From assembly GCA_963716745.1 (NCBI GenBank), contig OY970320.1, forward strand, positions 608,001-672,000: DNA of 64,000 nucleotides, given 5' to 3'. Both the position numbers and the translations under genes were made by a program. Origin of the DNA: an uncultured Gemmatimonadaceae bacterium. Its GTDB lineage: Bacteria; Gemmatimonadota; Gemmatimonadetes; Gemmatimonadales; Gemmatimonadaceae. Shown in pieces: positions 61,251 through 64,000 of this stretch (its first letter is position 1; the number at the start of each line of letters is the position of its first letter). The notes under the pieces were generated by a model. The model ran no database searches and was not told where the DNA came from. It saw only the letters and a list, made by a program, of their open reading frames with translations.

Positions 61251-61985
61251 CTACCGGATGTGACGTCCTCCGTCCACGATGAGCGTGTCGCCGGTCACGT
61301 ATTCCGCCTCGAGCAAGTAGAGCACCGCGCGCGCCACGTCATCGGCGTTGCCGATGCGCCCGAGCGGGGTGGTCTTCGCGAGATGCTCCGCGTCGGCCGC
61401 GCTCCAGCTCGCGGGCAGCATCACGGCGCCGGGCGCGATCGCGTTCACGCGGATGTGCGGCGCGAGCGCGAGCGCCAGTTCGGTGGTCATGTGGATCACG
61501 CCTGCCTTCGAGATGCCGTGCGGCACGTAGGCCGGCCACGCCTCGAGCCCCGCGAGATCGGCGATGTTCACGATCGATCCACCGCGCGTGCCCATCACGC
61601 GCGCCGCGGCGCGTGCGCAGAAGAATGGCGCGCGCAGGTTCAGCGCCATGATCTCGTCCCACTGTTCCACTGTCACGTCGGCGACGGGCGTGCGCACCAT
61701 GCTCGCCGCCGAGTTCACGAGCACGTCGAGCGCTCCGAAGTGCGCGGCCGTGTCGCGCACCAGTCGCTCGGCCTCGGCGGCGTCGCGGAGATCGGCGGTG
61801 ACGGCCCATCCCTCGCCGCCGGCGGCTTTCAGTTCCTGGACGAGTTGGTCGGCCTCCTCGCGCGATGCGTGGTGATGCACCGCGATGCGCATCCCGCGTG
61901 CCGCCAGCGCGACGGCGATCGCCCGTCCCACGCGACGGCCGGCGCCGGTCACGAGCGCGACGCGCCCTGCGAGCGCGAACGTCAC
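61251..61985 (-). CDS. SDR oxidoreductase (pteridine reductase/FolM-like)
   Basis: TGAGRRVGRAIA, LVNSA, IVNIAD and RVNAIAPG. The usual YxxxK is replaced by HGISK. Confidence 0.82.
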   Translation of the reverse strand: MTFALAGRVALVTGAGRRVGRAIAVALAARGMRIAVHHHASREEADQLVQELKAAGGEGWAVTADLRDAAEAERLVRDTAAHFGALDVLVNSAASMVRTPVADVTVEQWDEIMALNLRAPFFCARAAARVMGTRGGSIVNIADLAGLEAWPAYVPHGISKAGVIHMTTELALALAPHIRVNAIAPGAVMLPASWSAADAEHLAKTTPLGRIGNADDVARAVLYLLEAEYVTGDTLIVDGGRHIR

Positions 61986-62428
61986 GCGTTCAAGGCGGCG
62001 AGCACCTCGGCGGGGGGTGGCGCGCCGCGTTCGCCGAAGCGGATCACACCGTCGCGTCCGATCAAGTACACCGTGCGCTGGATGCCGCGCCCGTCCTCCT
62101 TGAGCGCGTGGTACGCGCGCGCGATCGAGTGATCGGCGTCGCTGAGCAGCGGGAAGCCGAAGGCGAATTTGGCCGCGTACTTCGCGTGGCTCTCCACGCT
62201 CGCCGGATTCACACCGAGGGGCTGAACGCCTGCTTTATGGAACGCTGCCATCTCATCGCGCACGGCGGAGAGTTGTTTGTTTCAGCCAGGGGTGTTGTTG
62301 CCCGGATAGAAGAACAGCGCGACGCCGCCGTCGCGCAGCAGGTCGGCGAGCGCGTAGCGCCGCCCGTCGTCAGCTGGCGCGTCGAACGCCGGCGCGGGCG
62401 TCCCACGCGCGAGCGGCACGCCGGTCAC
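61982..62428 (-). CDS. BCP/PrxQ-type peroxiredoxin with in-frame UGA at the peroxidatic position (candidate selenoprotein)
   Basis: GTG start with GGAGG RBS. FFYPGNNTPG[TGA 62282-62284]NKQLSAVRD...FPLLSD...RTVYLI...G.IR in one frame, 148 aa. Confidence 0.85.
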
Positions 62429-63282
62429 GCGACGACCTCCGACGCGGAACGCGACCGCACCAGCGCATCCTGCCGCTCGAGCCACTCGGCCGGCACGTTC
62501 ATGCAGCCGATCGTACGCGGCCCTTCCGAGGCTCCGTGCCAGTCCGAGCCGCCGCTGGGCAGCAGCTCGAGTTCGGCGGCGAGCGTCGCGAGGCGTGCGG
62601 TCTCGGAGACGCCGTGCCCGGGATGGCGCACTTCCACGCCGTCCATGCCCGCGGCCGCGAGCGCGGCGAGCTTCTCGCGCGTGCCATCGGGCCCCGGATG
62701 CGCGATGACCGCGAGTCCGCCCGCATCGTGGATGAGCGCGAACGCTTCGGGGATCGTGAGTCGGCGCTTCTCGACGAACGCGGGCCGGCCCGCGCCGAGC
62801 CAGCGGTCGAAGACCTCGCGGTGATCCTTCGCGAAGCCGCCCGCGACGAGCGCCCGCGCGACGTGCGGACGGCCGATCGCCGCATCGCCCGCCTGCTCGA
62901 GCACCGCCTGGGCGGTGACCGGTATCCCGAGCGCGTTCAAGCGCTCGACGATCTCGAGCGCGCGCGCGCGGCGCGCGGTGCGGAAGATGTCGAGGGCATT
63001 CTGCAGCGGCCCGGGTCGCGCAATGTGCAGTCCGAGGATGTGCACCTCCGCGCCCGCGGAATCGACCGCGCTCAACTCCACGCCCGCGATGACGCGCACG
63101 CCTACGCGGTCGCCCGCGGCGCGCGCCTCGTCGAACCCCGCGAGTGTGTCGTGATCGGTGAGCGCGATCGCCGCGAGTCCCGCACCCAGCGCCGCGGCGA
63201 CGACCGCGGCCGGCGCCTGCGAGCCATCCGATGCCGTCGAGTGCATGTGCAGATCGACGCGCGCACCGGCGATGGTGCTCAC
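62425..63282 (-). CDS. PHP-domain phosphoesterase (TrpH/YciV-like)
   Basis: DLHMHSTASDG, ALTDHDT, GVELS, HILG, GRPHVA, AHP and GGSDWHG. Confidence 0.93.
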   Translation of the reverse strand: MSTIAGARVDLHMHSTASDGSQAPAAVVAAALGAGLAAIALTDHDTLAGFDEARAAGDRVGVRVIAGVELSAVDSAGAEVHILGLHIARPGPLQNALDIFRTARRARALEIVERLNALGIPVTAQAVLEQAGDAAIGRPHVARALVAGGFAKDHREVFDRWLGAGRPAFVEKRRLTIPEAFALIHDAGGLAVIAHPGPDGTREKLAALAAAGMDGVEVRHPGHGVSETARLATLAAELELLPSGGSDWHGASEGPRTIGCMNVPAEWLERQDALVRSRSASEVVA

Positions 63283-63551
63283 CGCGAGTAGCCCGCTTCG
63301 GGCGATCGCACGCTCGACTGCGACTGCGCGAACAGGCGCTGGAGCTCGGCGCCGCTCAGCTCGGCGAACGAGGCCTCGCGCACGCGCGCGCCCTGCGGCG
63401 AGTATCGCGTCACGCGGACCTCGGGCGGTGCGCCCGCCGGCGCGCGGCGCGTGAACAGGAGCGTGAATTCATCGCGGTCGGACTGGGTGATCCGCCCCGC
63501 GGGGGCGACCTCCCACGTGTCGCCGCCGACGGTGATCGTGCGCACGGGCAT
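63279..63551 (-). CDS. Small hypothetical protein
   Basis: 90-aa ORF whose start and stop overlap those of its neighbours. Confidence 0.7.
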   Translation of the reverse strand: MPVRTITVGGDTWEVAPAGRITQSDRDEFTLLFTRRAPAGAPPEVRVTRYSPQGARVREASFAELSGAELQRLFAQSQSSVRSPEAGYSR

Positions 63552-63811
63552 CAGGCGAGCTCCACTTCCTGGTAGATCCGAGCCGGGTCGAGCACCGGAT
63601 CGGGCGCGGCGGTGAGCGCCTTGTAGAGCGTCTCGCCATCCGCCGCTTCAATGAATTCGATGAACGCACCCGAAAGTTCCGCTTCCTCGAACACCCAGTG
63701 CTTGCACTGGTTCGCGAGATAGAAGGCGTGCCGCGCCTGCAGCTTGGCGAGGAACTTTTTGCGGTCGCCGGCCGGGACGATGGACCGCTTGAGAGTGAGG
63801 GCGCGCGGCAC
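63551..63811 (-). CDS. Small hypothetical protein
   Basis: GTG start 2 nt after the upstream stop. 86 aa, including HWVFEE...GAFIEFIEA. Confidence 0.68.
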   Translation of the reverse strand: MPRALTLKRSIVPAGDRKKFLAKLQARHAFYLANQCKHWVFEEAELSGAFIEFIEAADGETLYKALTAAPDPVLDPARIYQEVELA

Positions 63812-63813
63812 GG

Positions 63814-64000
63814 CTACAGTACCGCGTCGGGGAAGGTCTCGATCTGTTGCTTCACGAACGCGAGGAACTGATCGGCGACGGCGCCGTCGATGATGCGGTG
63901 GTCGAACGAGATCGAGAAGAACGCGCACGTGCGGATCGCGATCACGTCCTCGCCGTCGGGGCCGGTCTTCACCTTCGGGCGCTTCTCGATCGCGCCGACG
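63814..64000 (-). CDS. Dihydrolipoamide acyltransferase (E2), C-terminal fragment
   Basis: Manual translation VGAIEKRPKV...IAIR....SISFDHRIIDGAVADQFL, containing the catalytic DHRxxDG motif. Begins outside the window. Confidence 0.93.
   Translation of the reverse strand, partial: VGAIEKRPKVKTGPDGEDVIAIRTCAFFSISFDHRIIDGAVADQFLAFVKQQIETFPDAVL

Overview
GC-rich bacterial chromosomal window. Gene content and order suggest Gemmatimonadota, but this is an inference. Almost all genes are on the minus strand. In order it carries: a hut operon (hutH, hutU, an intercalated radical SAM gene, hutI); an envelope block (LptD-like, tatC, cpoB, pal, tolB, TolA/TonB, tolR, tolQ); ssb, rimI, tsaB, tsaE, uvrB, rel, radC, secA, nadD, bamD; a large surface-glycan region (ugd, uxs, epimerases, MBOAT plus SGNH, a GT-C protein, Wzi-like, PglF-like, DegT, gmd/rmd, with carB embedded); the alpha ribosomal operon (rpmJ-rpsM-rpsK-rpsD-rpoA-rplQ-rpmB); pyrD/pyrF, an amidase, smpB, tRNA-Leu(CAG), an Rrf2 regulator, aspA/fumC, trxB and neighbours. 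The most notable observations are: (1) a BCP/PrxQ peroxiredoxin with an in-frame UGA exactly at the catalytic Cys position (candidate selenoprotein); (2) a compact multi-stem RNA with two perfectly complementary 7-nt hairpin loops (kissing loop) directly upstream of the rpoA Shine-Dalgarno; (3) a three-copy, ~140-165 bp palindromic intergenic repeat family, plus a second related family; (4) about 13 single-base frameshifts, probably long-read errors, at least 7 of which fall in or beside GCATC/GATGC, suggesting a DNA methylation motif. No CRISPR array, transposase or integrase was seen.
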